From: Phoronis australis
Lineage: Eukaryota > Animalia > Phoronida
Assembly (NCBI GenBank): GCA_002633005.1
Contig: NMRA01000263.1
Coordinates: 327,389 to 391,388 of the forward strand
Direction: 5' to 3'
Length of the DNA stretch: 64,000 nt
Position 1 is the stretch's first letter; every line of letters begins with the position of its first letter. The notes under the pieces are model-generated. The model ran no database searches. It was not told where the DNA came from and worked only from the letters and a program-made list of their open reading frames with translations. Below are positions 1 through 12,304 of this stretch, piece after piece. The translations under genes and the position numbers were made by a program.

Positions 1-10
1 GGTTTGCTTG

Positions 11-50
11 CTTCACGAGATATCGCTTTAAAAAGCGATATGTCGTGAAG
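11..50. repeat. near-perfect palindrome / hairpin
   Basis: Arms 11-29 (cttcacgagatatcgcttt) and 32-50 (aaagcgatatgtcgtgaag) are reverse complements with one mismatch and a 2-nt spacer. Confidence 0.8.
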
Positions 51-613
51 ACTTGTGTGATCTTGCGTTTTGGCGAGGTTCTCGCATTTACGGAACACAT
101 ACTAGGTCTAGTCCGACCGGCGAGGTGTTACAAAGAAGCGATTATGTTGTTAGAATGTTGTTTCACACGACTATAACTTTAACTAAGTTAACAGTATGTA
201 TGTTTAGATATCATTTAATTAAACACAATAAAAACATTTGCTGACAAAACAAGAAAAGCGCGCCTGTAGCGCCTAGGCACACCATCGATTCATTGCGCAT
301 AAAGGCCCATTTAATGTTTATTAGCTTGTGTATTGTGTTGGTTCGCGAGACATAAACACAGTGTCTTGCGCCTGACTGCGAGCGCTGAATATGACTGCGA
401 TAGGAGGTCACGTGACTAAGCCACGGTCGCTATGGTGGTTGCCAGTCGACGCTTTGTATGGGGCACGTTAGTGTGGATCGGGGTCGACTTTCTATGTAGT
501 TGTAGAATAGCTCGCCCTGTCTCAAAGTCACACAGATAATTTCAGCATAGATCGAAAGACTAGACTCGTCGTCGTTTAGATTTCTCTAGGTTGTAGTTTA
601 GAAAAGGCTGACG

Positions 614-3600
614 ATGTCGGAAGAGGGATATGTCGTGCACGGAGGTAAGTTTCCAAAGTGGGGGATACAGGATTTCCACATCCAGTGAGCTATATATCGG
701 TATACTACCAGTCTCCTCGTTATGAAATGGATTACTTACACTCACAATGTGTTAAGTCGGCCTAAGTATGTAGTCAGAAGCTCAGCTGAGTTAATACCCT
801 AAAGTAAACTATTGATAGACAACAAGATATCACAATGCAGTAAGGATTGTTACCTAAGTAAATAAAGAATCAGCTGGTTTTTGTTTCGGCCTTGAAATTA
901 ACACCATAGTGTCTCAATTGTATAGACTGGCGAAAGGTTGCAAACGTTTAATCGGAATGACTTCGAGTCCCTGGGGCGACCAGCAAGTCTACTAAGTTAA
1001 ACTGTAGTGTAACCATTCTTTACCCAAACGTCCCTAGCCTGGAGTGTTTACTGTCTGGCTCATTGGAAACACAAATTCTAGACTTATGGAAATACAAAGT
1101 CATGTTACTAAAGCATTAATACTCGAATCCCAAATAACGCCCAACATAAACCGAAGTGACATATCGCCTGATAACGTTATCTATATTACAGGTACCAAGA
1201 GGTGTTGAAATATAGACGATGCCTATAAATATTTCAGTAGCCAATAAAAAGTTCTTAGAACTCTGAATGAGCACGATGGCGACTATTAGTCATGGTATTC
1301 ATTCATTTCAGTAGCGATATTGATTTCACTAAGCTGAATTGTGAAATTTTAAAATGTATTTGAAACGCAAGTAAGAAAGTTAAACCGGCTATTAACCCTA
1401 CCTCCAGCATAGCTATTGAAGTTGGATTTTAACCACTCACTATTAGGAAATTGTTCTCAAATTGTTCATTAGTCATGATTTCAGTGTCTCGAATCAACCG
1501 ACAATTTGTTATTACTCGAGACCAAACTCTATAGCTTGGTTTGTCACGGCGCGTCATTTTATGTACCGAGTACGTTCTAAAGCAATAACCAACTGTCACA
1601 AAAAACTATCACATTTTTTTGCAAACCCAGAAACATGTTCCCATCTGAGTAAGGAACATGTTGTTTCAATTTTGTATGGCTCACTGGACTTAGTGTATGT
1701 CAAAAATTCGGATTTTCGGACGGAACGCGGGTTTATGTACGGTTTGAACTCTTTTTAGTTTTCAGGGAGGAAATCCCCGGGGGTACATGCATACATACTT
1801 GGGAAACATTCTAATTTGTTTCATATATCCCGAAAGTATACTTTGCGCCCATGCTCATGTTTGTGAGTGAGTGTGCTTTTAAAAATTCACAACGCTCCAG
1901 CAAATACAGCCCCCTTCTCAACAGTAAACAAGCTTTTGTGCCGTGACTAGTTTGGCAGAAAAAAGCGGTGAACTTGAAGAGGTTTTTACGAAATTCTATC
2001 ACTAAGTGACCAAACACAGCAGTCTGCGTGATATTTTTGGTGTCGCTCAAGTTTCTATTGAGTAGTCTATAACAAGCCCACATCCTTAGGCTAAACCAAA
2101 CAACTTAACATCACTGATCGAATGAAGAGGCAAATATTACAAGCTTCGCACAATCGATGTTGTCGCGTATTATTTAATTAAATCCTTTTGACATTTAACA
2201 AAATGTATTGAATTAAAGCTCTAGTGACGCATTGTTCCGGGAGACAGTGCCGATTCTCGCCGAGTGCAAATATTGGTTCTTCTTTAGCGGAAAATCGTGC
2301 CGATTTTTGAAAGACACATTTACATTAACTACAGAGTCATAGATCAATTTGCTTGATCTAAAACATGACTTGTTGATAGAAATAAAAAGAACTTGAAAGA
2401 TCTAAAACGTGTGACGTAAATGATTTCCTAATTATCATTATTTAAAACGATTTGTCGGATACGTGGTAAACGATACAAAAATCGAAACGTCCAAACGTTT
2501 TTCAATGCGAAAATGCAAGCATAGACCTAAATGAAACGAATGCTAAAGAGGGGTGTCCGTCACGAATGCCAGTGTGGGGTTTGCGTCAACAAAGATGCAA
2601 ATTACAGACGTTTCATTTTCAACTTCAATGGAGTAGTTACTCTGCCAACAGTTTCAGACAGGTCCACGTACCATATGACCGCGCAAACTTATCCACCACT
2701 CCTGCGCTAATCTAACATGAAAAGGTACTGGTTATCGTTATGTGCAAGCCACTTGAAAAGTGATAACTCGAGACTTAACGTCTTAATAGTCGTGACTGCA
2801 AACAATATACGTTCGGTATTCTCATTGTGACAACTTAATGACCATGGAGTTATCTTTGTAACGAATGCCCCACTTTCTGTCTAAATTGAGCTTTTATCGC
2901 TTTGGTACTCAAACATGTTAGGTATACAGAGGAGTAGACTTCATAAATCAGAGAGTTACGTTCCAGCTTAACCCGAGTCAAAGTTACGTACCGCCAGTAT
3001 TTCGAGAACTGGTCCCACCTTTTGACAGCAAAAGGTTTTTGTATCTGCCTTTTCAAATGATAATTACAATGTTGTATGTTACTGATCTGATGGTTTGGAT
3101 AACTGCCGATAGTTGTTGATCGTGGTTTTAGAAAAAATCTACGACTGTGTCTCGTCCACAACTTGCAATAGGGCGCCGTTAATTTTGCAATTATTATAAA
3201 ACACGTGCAAAACAGCAAATACAACACCGGTTCACGATTATCCGGGGTCTGCTAGCTTTTCAAATTTTACAGTTACGATTTTCCTAAAACGTTCAACAGC
3301 TGAATTCATTACTTTCTCAGCACACAAATCGAACAGAACGGCCGGACAGCGCCGCACATCGGCTAGATCCAAGTCAGGTACAGTTTGCGCATTGATAGGA
3401 GTGACTACGTGGCTGGCTGCCATCAAACTGTCGCTATGTATCTTTCTTGCTATACGTATTAATGATTTACCATGTGATTGTTGACTTCCGTTTACACAGT
3501 GCATGTTTTTGTTCGGCCTGTCTTATTGATTGTCTCTATTTTTCTGTCGTAGAATTATTTGCTTGACTCTCCAGTGCCAGTTTGTGTATTCATTGTCAAA

Positions 3601-6600
3601 CGGAGGTGTATCGGAATTCTCTCGCAACTAATCGACTTTGACATTTCCTTATGTTAACATGTCGCCATGACAGACTCACCGCAGTAGTTTGATTTCTAAT
3701 TGTGTGATAATAATTTGGGGGTTACTAATAATCTAATTGCGAAAATACAAATTTGAATTAAAATCACCAGGTATCATCTCGAACCATCTAAAAATGCTAC
3801 CACAAATAACAGATGGCGTTGAGCACAGTATCAAACAAGAGATTATAACATTATCTTTTTCAAGGATATACTCACCGCAGAGGTTTGAATCATTTCGGCG
3901 AATCACTGAATCATACTTGGGAACAAAAACATCATGCACTCAAAAGTATAACAAACTCAAACATACGAAAAGCAAACTCGATCTTTTGAACATCAAAACA
4001 CCTGCCCAACTCACTTGCTATCAAAATATTCAAATAGTTTGTTCTGATCATTCAGTGGATCACGCAAATAATTCGAAACTCATGCATATATTTATTTCGC
4101 ACACTTGCATTCTTTGCCAAACAACACACTGGGTTGCAACAAAACTATCATCCCAGCTTACGTTTTTCTTGGACAGTATCTTGGCTATATTAATCAGGAT
4201 TGACCTGTAGTCAGTCTTACGCACGGCCTTGAGGAGAAAAGATGACAGTTTTGTATAAGTGTTTTTAGATATTCTTTCCGCATTTTACAAGTAAAAAACT
4301 TCATAAATTTGGCCATGAACCAATATCGTTGAATCTTGTAACTACGTGATGCTGTTTCAGCAAGTAGGTCTCATCAAATATCTTCGAAATTGAATGGCAT
4401 TGAATTTTACTTTTCATGAATTGCGCGTGAGCAAAACATAAACACATGGATGGCTGTAATTCACGAAACTTTCCTATATTTAGGATGAGTCGACTGATGA
4501 AACATTCTTATATTTAGGATGAGTCCACTGATGAAGCTCTTTGTGTGTTCTTAACTAGTAGAGAATAGTGTGTTTGAAGGAGGGTGTTGTTCCGAGGTTT
4601 GTGACTTGACGCAGAAATTTGGTCTTTCGCTCACACTTCACACTATTGGTGAACATAGTTTAGCCAAGTAATTGTGATCGTATCACAGTTTGGAACAGTG
4701 GCAGATCTACGTTTTCAGTAAGGGGGGGGGGGGGTTTAGGATTCGCGTGAATCTGAGGAGCGTAGAGCCGAGCAGGGGGGGGGGGAGGACACCCTCCCGT
4801 GTAAGATTTTTTGGTCTTTGTAGCTGATTTAGTACCTGGCGACGTTTTTTTTTAAATTTTATTTTTGATCCTGACCCAGGAGGGTGTTTAAACCCCTTGA
4901 ACCCCCGTAGATCCGCCTCAGTGGAAATAATTTATACAAATTATCTCAGTACCTAGCAGTTATGTGTACATTCTCAGACACTTTGCACTCTAATCATTAT
5001 TCAGAAATAGTTGTGTGGAGCGAAAGACAAATTTGTGACTTCAGTCTTCGTCACATTGCCTGAAACAAGTCCCTTGAAACGATAACACCGCCAAGTTAGC
5101 GCTTCACGACGGTATGGCTTAGTATTCTGTTGCTGCTGAAACAAGTGTTTCGTGATAATCATTCTTGATAATCACCATTTCCTACACCACATCTATTAAA
5201 CTGGAATTGAGTAAAGAGATGTTCATCTATGAGTATTTAAACTGACAGTTAAATGAAATACAACCAAGACATTTTGAACGCGTTAATTTGTTGTCATGGC
5301 AGCTGGCTATAGAGCGCGCTGTCATCGACTTTCCAAGGTAGCTTAACGAACGACTTGGATTCTTAACAGTTGAAAGTTTCTTCAGGCAAATAACGGCACA
5401 CAACTTCAGCGCACATGTTTAACAACAGCCAAACCAAAATAGTTGTTCAATACCGTAGAAAATCTACTGTTTTTTGTCCTAAGAAATCTTAACATTAACG
5501 ACATTGTATTTTTATTACAGCTCCGCGGTCCTCGTCCAAATATCAAAGCGAACCAAGGTGAGTTGCACCCTTTTAAACACAAAGTGTTACAGTTGGCTAT
5601 AAAGTGAAATAGTTAATAGCATATCCAACAAAACAAATGTTTTCGTCAGTCATACAGAGATGAAACCGACAAAGGGGTAAAAGACGAGTCATGATTACTC
5701 GCCACTATGTTATGTTTGCACCATAACGCAGCACGATAATTTGGAGTATGCCGTAGTTCAGCATCAAAAAAGGATCGGAATTCAGCGGGGATTGAAAACT
5801 GAATGGTAGTGCGTTTAGCTAAAACCTCGTTACATGTTTAGAAGGCTAGTCTTAAATATTGCGTGCAAAGGAAATCGTTCTTTTTCTTTTCCCTTGTGAG
5901 AGCCCTTGACAGTAGGAGTTGGGTTTTGCCAATTGGCACTTAAAGCACTCAACACCGTTTGCAATCAATTAGTGTCACACTGAATGGGTCATTTCACACT
6001 TAACAAGTGAGCCGCTGAATGGAGGAAATAGTTTATGGGCACCATTGATTACGCAAGAGGGCGTTGTATTGACGTGGGGGATTATTTATAATATCAAAGA
6101 GCTACTCGGCAGTAATAATGCACTGTCTGTGTTGATATTTGCGATTGGACACGTTGCCTTGGAGACTGTTACTTCCCAATATTTTTAAGAGAGATGTTTG
6201 ACATTCAGAGACGAATAGGTTTTCACAACTATTCCAAATTGAAGAGACTTGTTTATTGTTTGAGCTAGCTGATATTGTATTATTTCTGATTTTTTCCGAT
6301 AGAAAACACGAATAAAATATGAATTTTGTAATTTTTTTCTGAAATTAGTGATTAATGACTAGACTTTAAATCTTTTAAAGTTTGACTTCGCCGTGTTTAG
6401 TTGGCGAAATAAAAAAAATGGAATTAGGGTTTTTACTCTCATAAAATTGGTGTCGTGATGCTCCTAACCGTAATAGGATTCTATTTCCGTTAGCACCGAT
6501 ATCATCGGTAACTCAAAATGTTTCCTTTATTGAGGTTACCCAGCTCTAAAATTGAAAACTTGAAAATAACACATGTACGCGTTGTTTGTGACTCGAATCG

Positions 6601-9600
6601 GTAATGGAAATGTAATTATACCATAGAAAGAGAGTGAGACTGAATTTACGAGCGTAAAAGTTCTAATTCGATTTTCGTATTTTAGCGAGCTAAACAAAGC
6701 AAAATGCACCTTTAGTAAATTTAAATTTTTAAAAAATCGAAAGGGTACATTATTATAGGATCAGTGGTCTACAAAAGACACTTCTCATGTAAATTTCCAA
6801 TAGCGCCATTAAACCCGTGTTTTGAGTCAAAAACAAATCTTTATTTATACCACTTAGCGTTGTAAAATTGGCCTTTTCTTGTTTCTTAGTCAGTTTAGAA
6901 TTGACGTCGGGATTTGGGAACATCTCACTATTCATTATTTCTTCAGATCAAACTCATAAAACTTTATGTGCTTGGTATAAAGAAACAACGAACTATAAGA
7001 TCATTCCAAGCCCATAAATCACGCTTGTTTTGAACAAGAAATAAATTCTTACCGATTTCAAAACGGTAAGTGGCTTACATGAAAACTCAGTTGGGTTTTA
7101 AACAGAAAGCACGGATTCAATGACTCTTCATCACAAACAAATTTTGAGTAAAACAATTATTCATCTGTTCAATCTGAGCCTCTCCTTTTCAGTGAAAGGA
7201 TACAGGTTTTATCCAGCCCCAAAAGGTACAAAGTTACACGACTGGTCAATTTTGGGTAAGTTTTTACAGAAAACACTACAAGTAGCTAGGTCGATATAAT
7301 TATTTTCATTACACTAATCTTTTAGACATTTAACCATAGAGTCGACAATTGTAATTTTTTGTGAAATTTGTCACAGCAGAGCCTCTTGGAATTCCCTTCA
7401 GGATTGTATGAATCAGATTTTGACGACTTTCTGCCTCGTTTAATCTAGAATAGTTACATCACAAATACCTTGCTTTTGATTTTGTTCGGGTACGCTCTGT
7501 CTTTTGCCTCTTACACACAGCGCCTATATAGAGGTGATGAAACAACAATAACCAGACATCAAGCCAGGTTGCGAATTGTGCAATTCTATACTTTTTTTTA
7601 AGGCAAAAAGTGTGGTGGGGAAACCAGGACCATATGCCGGGCTATGAGCCAACAGATGCCGCTAAATGTGCAACGGCTACTCCGCGTGTGGTAGACCTGT
7701 CAACACCGAAACAGATGTTTCAGACGGGAGTGCACTTTAACAGGTAAGCACGCACATTACTAATACAGATGCTTCGTGATACTCCACTTAGAAATATTCA
7801 TGAAAAAGTTAAAGTGTTCACCATAGTTCTATTTTGCATTTTTTGCTATTAGACTACCGAATGTGCAGCACTAAATCTGGAGAATGGTTTAAAATTAGCG
7901 CGTAAGTAAAAAACGACATATCTATCCAATCCAACGTTTCGGTTTATTTCATTAAACCATTCTCAAGGAAGTAGTTACAAATCATGCTGAGCGTTACCTC
8001 ACTGGTTCATTTGAGCTCCAGCTGTTTTGATTTTTGGTCTCTCCCCGTCACAATGCATTTTGATGTGTACCTGTACAGTCCCTTCTCTACCTGTGTCGCT
8101 TATTTTGTGTTTGTAACTGCTTCCTTGAGAATGGTTTAATGAAATAAACCGAAACGTTGGATTGGATAGATATGTCGTTATTTACTTACGCGCTAATTTT
8201 AAAGTTCGTGCTTCTGTTCTGGCCTAAATCAAATGTGATGAAGAATGGTTTAGAGACAATAAACCGAAGCGTGGATCAATATGTCGTTAGTTACATATGC
8301 CCTGATTTTAAAGTTCGCACTAAGTCCCAAATTAGTTGTGCAATTAAGAGATGCTTTTTTAAGCCACAAATATAAGACATTTTATTCGATTGCAGGCCTG
8401 AGTTCTCATACAGTTGTGGACGGACGTCGCCCATATGGAATGTGAAGGAGTCTGCCATGAACGCCGAAGCCTCAGAACGTTTGGGGACGCTAGCTCAACA
8501 TAAAAATACTCACCCCGAATACAAAGAAAACAAGTGAGTCCGTTCATTGTCCAGAGTGAACGTAAAAACTCTCACGCTTTGTGGGTGTCATAAGCATACA
8601 CACCAGCTTTATTATTTTATATTCTTATTATTTTATATTCATTGCGATCCAACACAAACCCCGCCTCGCATCCAACGGTTTATTGCATGCAACGCTTCAC
8701 ACTACGCTGTGGGAAAGTGGAGTAACCGAGGAGAGAGGTGGGGTATTGTGTTTGACGAACACTATGGGCTGCGGCAAAGTAGAAAAAAGGAGGTCCGGAT
8801 TTGTTCAGAATTGTAGCGACTGGAATATGAAATTATGGATACTGAAAAACCTTAATCCTCTGTTTGTTTCTTCGAAAATGGCCTTGCATCCTGTTTTCCA
8901 TGATGATCCCTGACCCAATCTAAACCTTCCGCACTCTTAAAGACCGAACCTAGCATCACATTGACTTCTCGTCCAAACCAATACACTTTACTCTCATCAC
9001 CCCTTATAATCTAAACAGAAGTAGACTTTGCTTTCAGCCAACATACAGCAACAGTCTATCTCCTCTATAAAGCCTTAATCAGCTCAACGAATTGCACAAA
9101 GGCTGCACCAAGTGATAATTGCACCCACTCTTCATTGTTACAAGTTTTAATCCAACGTGGCCAAAACTCCTAGTTATTCTGAGCACAGCAGGAGTAGCAC
9201 CTCTTTCCATAACCTTGATGCGGCACAGCTTGCCATCAGCAGACTTAATTGACTTTTTCTTCCAGATCATACTTCGTGTACAGTTGTGGACGTGTCAGCC
9301 CCACTTGGGATGTGTCTAAAGCGGCTCAACAAGCCGAGGAGCGACCCCACACCGTGTCTCTGGCTAAACACAAAACAACACACAAGGATTTCTTGATGGA
9401 GCAACCAGTCATTCGCCCGATATCAAAAGCTGCTCAAAATGCCAAATGTTCTGAGCGACTAGACAGTTTAGCCAGGCCAAAACATAGACCAGATGGACCG
9501 TTTAGGGAGCCACGATGGGTGGTAAGAATTTTCAATAATACAATTAATCTTTCTATTAGTTGGCATTCTTGGCTTACTTTTAACTGCATGTTGTCGTGAA

Positions 9601-9986
9601 AACGAGAAAACAACGATAACTCCTGACACCTAAAACTACAGTAACAGTTCCAATACATTCTAAAAGTAATCAATATAATCAATTTTCTGTTTTAGGTCAG
9701 CAAGTCAACTCGACTGGCCAATGCGTCAGCACGGAACCTTGAGCTGGCCAAGGCAAAAAATCTGCCCGAGGGATTTCAATATGACCGTGATTACCCGATA
9801 GAGATTGCGAAATCTGCTAAACGTGCTATTGCGAGTTCGCGTACGACACAGCTCGCTATACCTATCATTCGTGCTACCATGGATCACATCATATTTGATC
9901 CAGACGCATTCTTGGTGAAAGAAACCGCGCTCAAGGCCTACTGCCCGCCACGACTAAATGAACTATCCCAGCCTTTGGTTAGATGA
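614..9986 (+). CDS. THEG: THEG (testicular haploid expressed gene / SPMAP2)-repeat protein, spliced
   Basis: Phase-consistent GT-AG exons 614-644 (MSEEGYVVHG, least certain), 5521-5557, 7193-7255, 7603-7743, 8396-8533, 9266-9521, 9696-9986 (TGA). The translation has repeated THEG-type units, e.g. YSCGRTSPIWNVKESAMNAEASERLGTLAQHK, YSCGRVSPTWDVSKAAQQAE, PISKAAQNAKCSERLDSLARPK, DPDAFLVKETALKAYCPPRLNELSQPLVR. Family assignment only; THEG versus THEGL orthology is not resolvable here. Confidence 0.8.
4696..4921. mobile_element. MITE (non-autonomous DNA transposon, hAT-like ends)
   Basis: Termini CAGTGGCAGATCTAC...GTAGATCCGCCTCAG, flanked by 5-bp direct repeat TGGAA (4691-4695 / 4922-4926). Related copies at 51353-51576 and 56534-56760. 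Confidence 0.8.
5290..5303. promoter_or_regulatory. candidate RFX X-box
   Basis: GTTGTCATGGCAGC has two mismatches to the X-box palindrome GTTGCCATGGCAAC and lies in intron 1 of an axoneme-associated (THEG family) gene. Motif match only. Confidence 0.35.
7930..7969 (-). ncRNA. minimal hammerhead-like motif (antisense copy)
   Basis: Exact reverse complement of 8122-8161. Confidence 0.5.
8122..8161 (+). ncRNA. minimal type-I hammerhead ribozyme-like motif (U3-A8 core variant)
   Basis: tcc-TTGAGAA-t-GGTTTA atgaaa TAAACC-GAAA-CG-TT-gga: stem I tcc/gga, core UUGANAA, 6-bp stem II, GAAA, palindromic ACGT stem III, GUU triplet. Confidence 0.55.
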
Positions 9987-12304
9987 TGTACCAATAGGAG
10001 GCGCTCTATTATTTTTGAGTTCTTATTTTTACTTTCCTTTTACTTGGTTAAAAATTTCGTAATTGTCGCTCTGCGAAGTCTTAATAGTAAGACCTCGTAC
10101 GACTATAGCAATTTTTTATTTTTGCATAATATTTTGATTTTAGTCTCTTGATTTGAAAACTTTCTGAATATTAATTTTGTCGTACATTGCTTGTGGACAT
10201 CTTGCTAAAAAGATTTTTATTTCTCTGTTTATGTGTAACGTTCTTGCCAATAATGTTGAAATGTAGAGAGCTTCTGTATCTTTTTTCACAGACATTAGTA
10301 ACACCATCAATGGAGAAGCAACCAACTATTGTCTACATTTGTTTTATTTGCTCAAGTGTGTTTATTTGATTACACAACGCTATCATTTTCATACTTTATA
10401 TGTGTCATCTTGTATAAGTAATGTGACTAGAGCATTTAAACATGACATCACAATGATGTTTTGTTTAGCACAGTTCATCATTTAATGCTAAACATTGTTA
10501 AAGCTGCAAAGTGATGTCTGTGAATGAACCCGTCAATAATATTACCAGAGAAAGCGAGAATCAAAAGTTTACTACTACAAACTATGATTAATTATTACTA
10601 ACAAAACAATAACAACCAGGTGATGGTGACTTACTATTAACGTAGGATTCAAGTCAAGGACAATCAGAGATTTAGTAAGGAAACATTGAAGGCAGTGAAT
10701 GCTAAACAACACCACCTGGTGGATAAAACCTGGAGTTCAACGTAACATTTTTGATGGAGGGATGATTAAAGGAATATGTATAGTATGGCTGGTACCGCAT
10801 CTAATCCATAACGAAGTACTGCAACAGTAAACTTTTACCAATTCAGGACACAATACTGGCAAGCAAGTGAAATATTTCATTTTCTCATTATGTTTCACAA
10901 AACACACAGCACCTACTGAAAGCTTTCCAATGTTTAAGTTACCTACCACAGCTACCATCAGACAATATTTTAAGAAGTTGCAGGTATTCACAATGATAAC
11001 CCCTGAAAAATTAAAAAGGCAATTTTTGGCAATTATTTTTCTGAAATTTGTGACATGTTACCGGGATGTTTCCAAGATATTCTGTTGAGATAATGTGTAG
11101 TCAATGTTGCCAAGATATTTACTTAGAATGGTTTGGATTGATTATTGTTTATGTACTTGTTCAAGTTGCGCAATAAATCTGTTTGTATTCTGTATACTGC
11201 GGTTTTCATAAAGGAATATGGTCAGGAATTTTAAGATTAGAATTTATTGCATACACTACTTCAGTTTAACAAACCTAGTTTATTATAACGCAGTCTTTTC
11301 AGGGATGAAAGATCGCAGGGACTAAGTTAAACCAAAAATGCTTACATACAAAAATTAAACTGAGTACCACAAACATTTGCAGTGCATCAAAAACTTATAG
11401 AAGTTGAAGCTTACAGTCTGTAAATTTGCTTCCATCAAAGAAAATTTTTCATTTTGACCAGTTACGAAATTGGTCTTGACAGTTTGTCACTGCATAAGGC
11501 CACACCAGTGCCACATTTCTTTCTAAGACCAGGAAACCTTCTCACCTGAGTAAGAAACAATCAGTTCAGTTGTCAAGATGAAATTGTGTTTTGCTTTCTG
11601 AATAAAACAATTTGTATAAATTTTGACATCTGACAAGTTTAAAAAGTATTCAACTCAAAAGAAAATCAAAATGCTACCTTATGCACAGATTCATGAGACA
11701 ATAATAAACATGGCTGTACCTGATAACAGATATCCTTTGAAATCAGACCTTAATACAATTGCAAAGAATGGATTTATGTTTAATGACAAATCAAAATTTG
11801 CCACACCTTCAAATTTTCAAAATGTCACAAGGAAGTCTCAATAGTCACACTTTTTGGTGCTTTTTGTATGTATAAGTCACATCTACTGTGTCATATATAT
11901 GTGAGAAACAATAAATTTCAGTAATAACTATGAATTCCATAATTTAAAAATTTGTAAAAAAACGAACCATCACTAGATGCAACATAAAATAACTACACAA
12001 TTAACAAAACAGTAAACGACACTCACTACTTAGTTCAAATGTGTCACAGAATTCTCAAAATGTCACATAATTCTCAAAACGTCACAGAATTTCAGGCAAG
12101 CAAGTTTTGTCACAGAATGTCACCATGTCAAAAGGAATCCATTCTCTGCAACTGTCAATCCAGTCAAATGCCATGGTCTGAGTACAACCACATCTTCAGA
12201 AAAAATTAGTCTGGTTACAATTCACATCTGCCTCATGAAATAGTCAAAGAAAGTCTTAAGCATTGTCCACAAATTTAATGAGCATAATTCACTAATTAGT
12301 CAGG

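Larger units (their letters stand above)
7888..8203. mobile_element. inverted repeat (~94-bp arms), probable Penelope-like pseudo-LTR remnant
   Basis: 7888-7981 is the near-perfect reverse complement of 8110-8203. A degenerate third copy follows at ~8236-8320. The arms contain a hammerhead-like motif. Confidence 0.7.

Noticed and set aside
3737-4210. 157-aa ORF in THEG-like intron 1
   Set aside because: Non-ATG start, no recognisable homology or splice support.
4445-4540. ~34-bp tandem with CTGATGA and GAAAC, hammerhead-like
   Set aside because: Core elements are not in the correct order and spacing with pairable stems; treated as a short tandem duplication.
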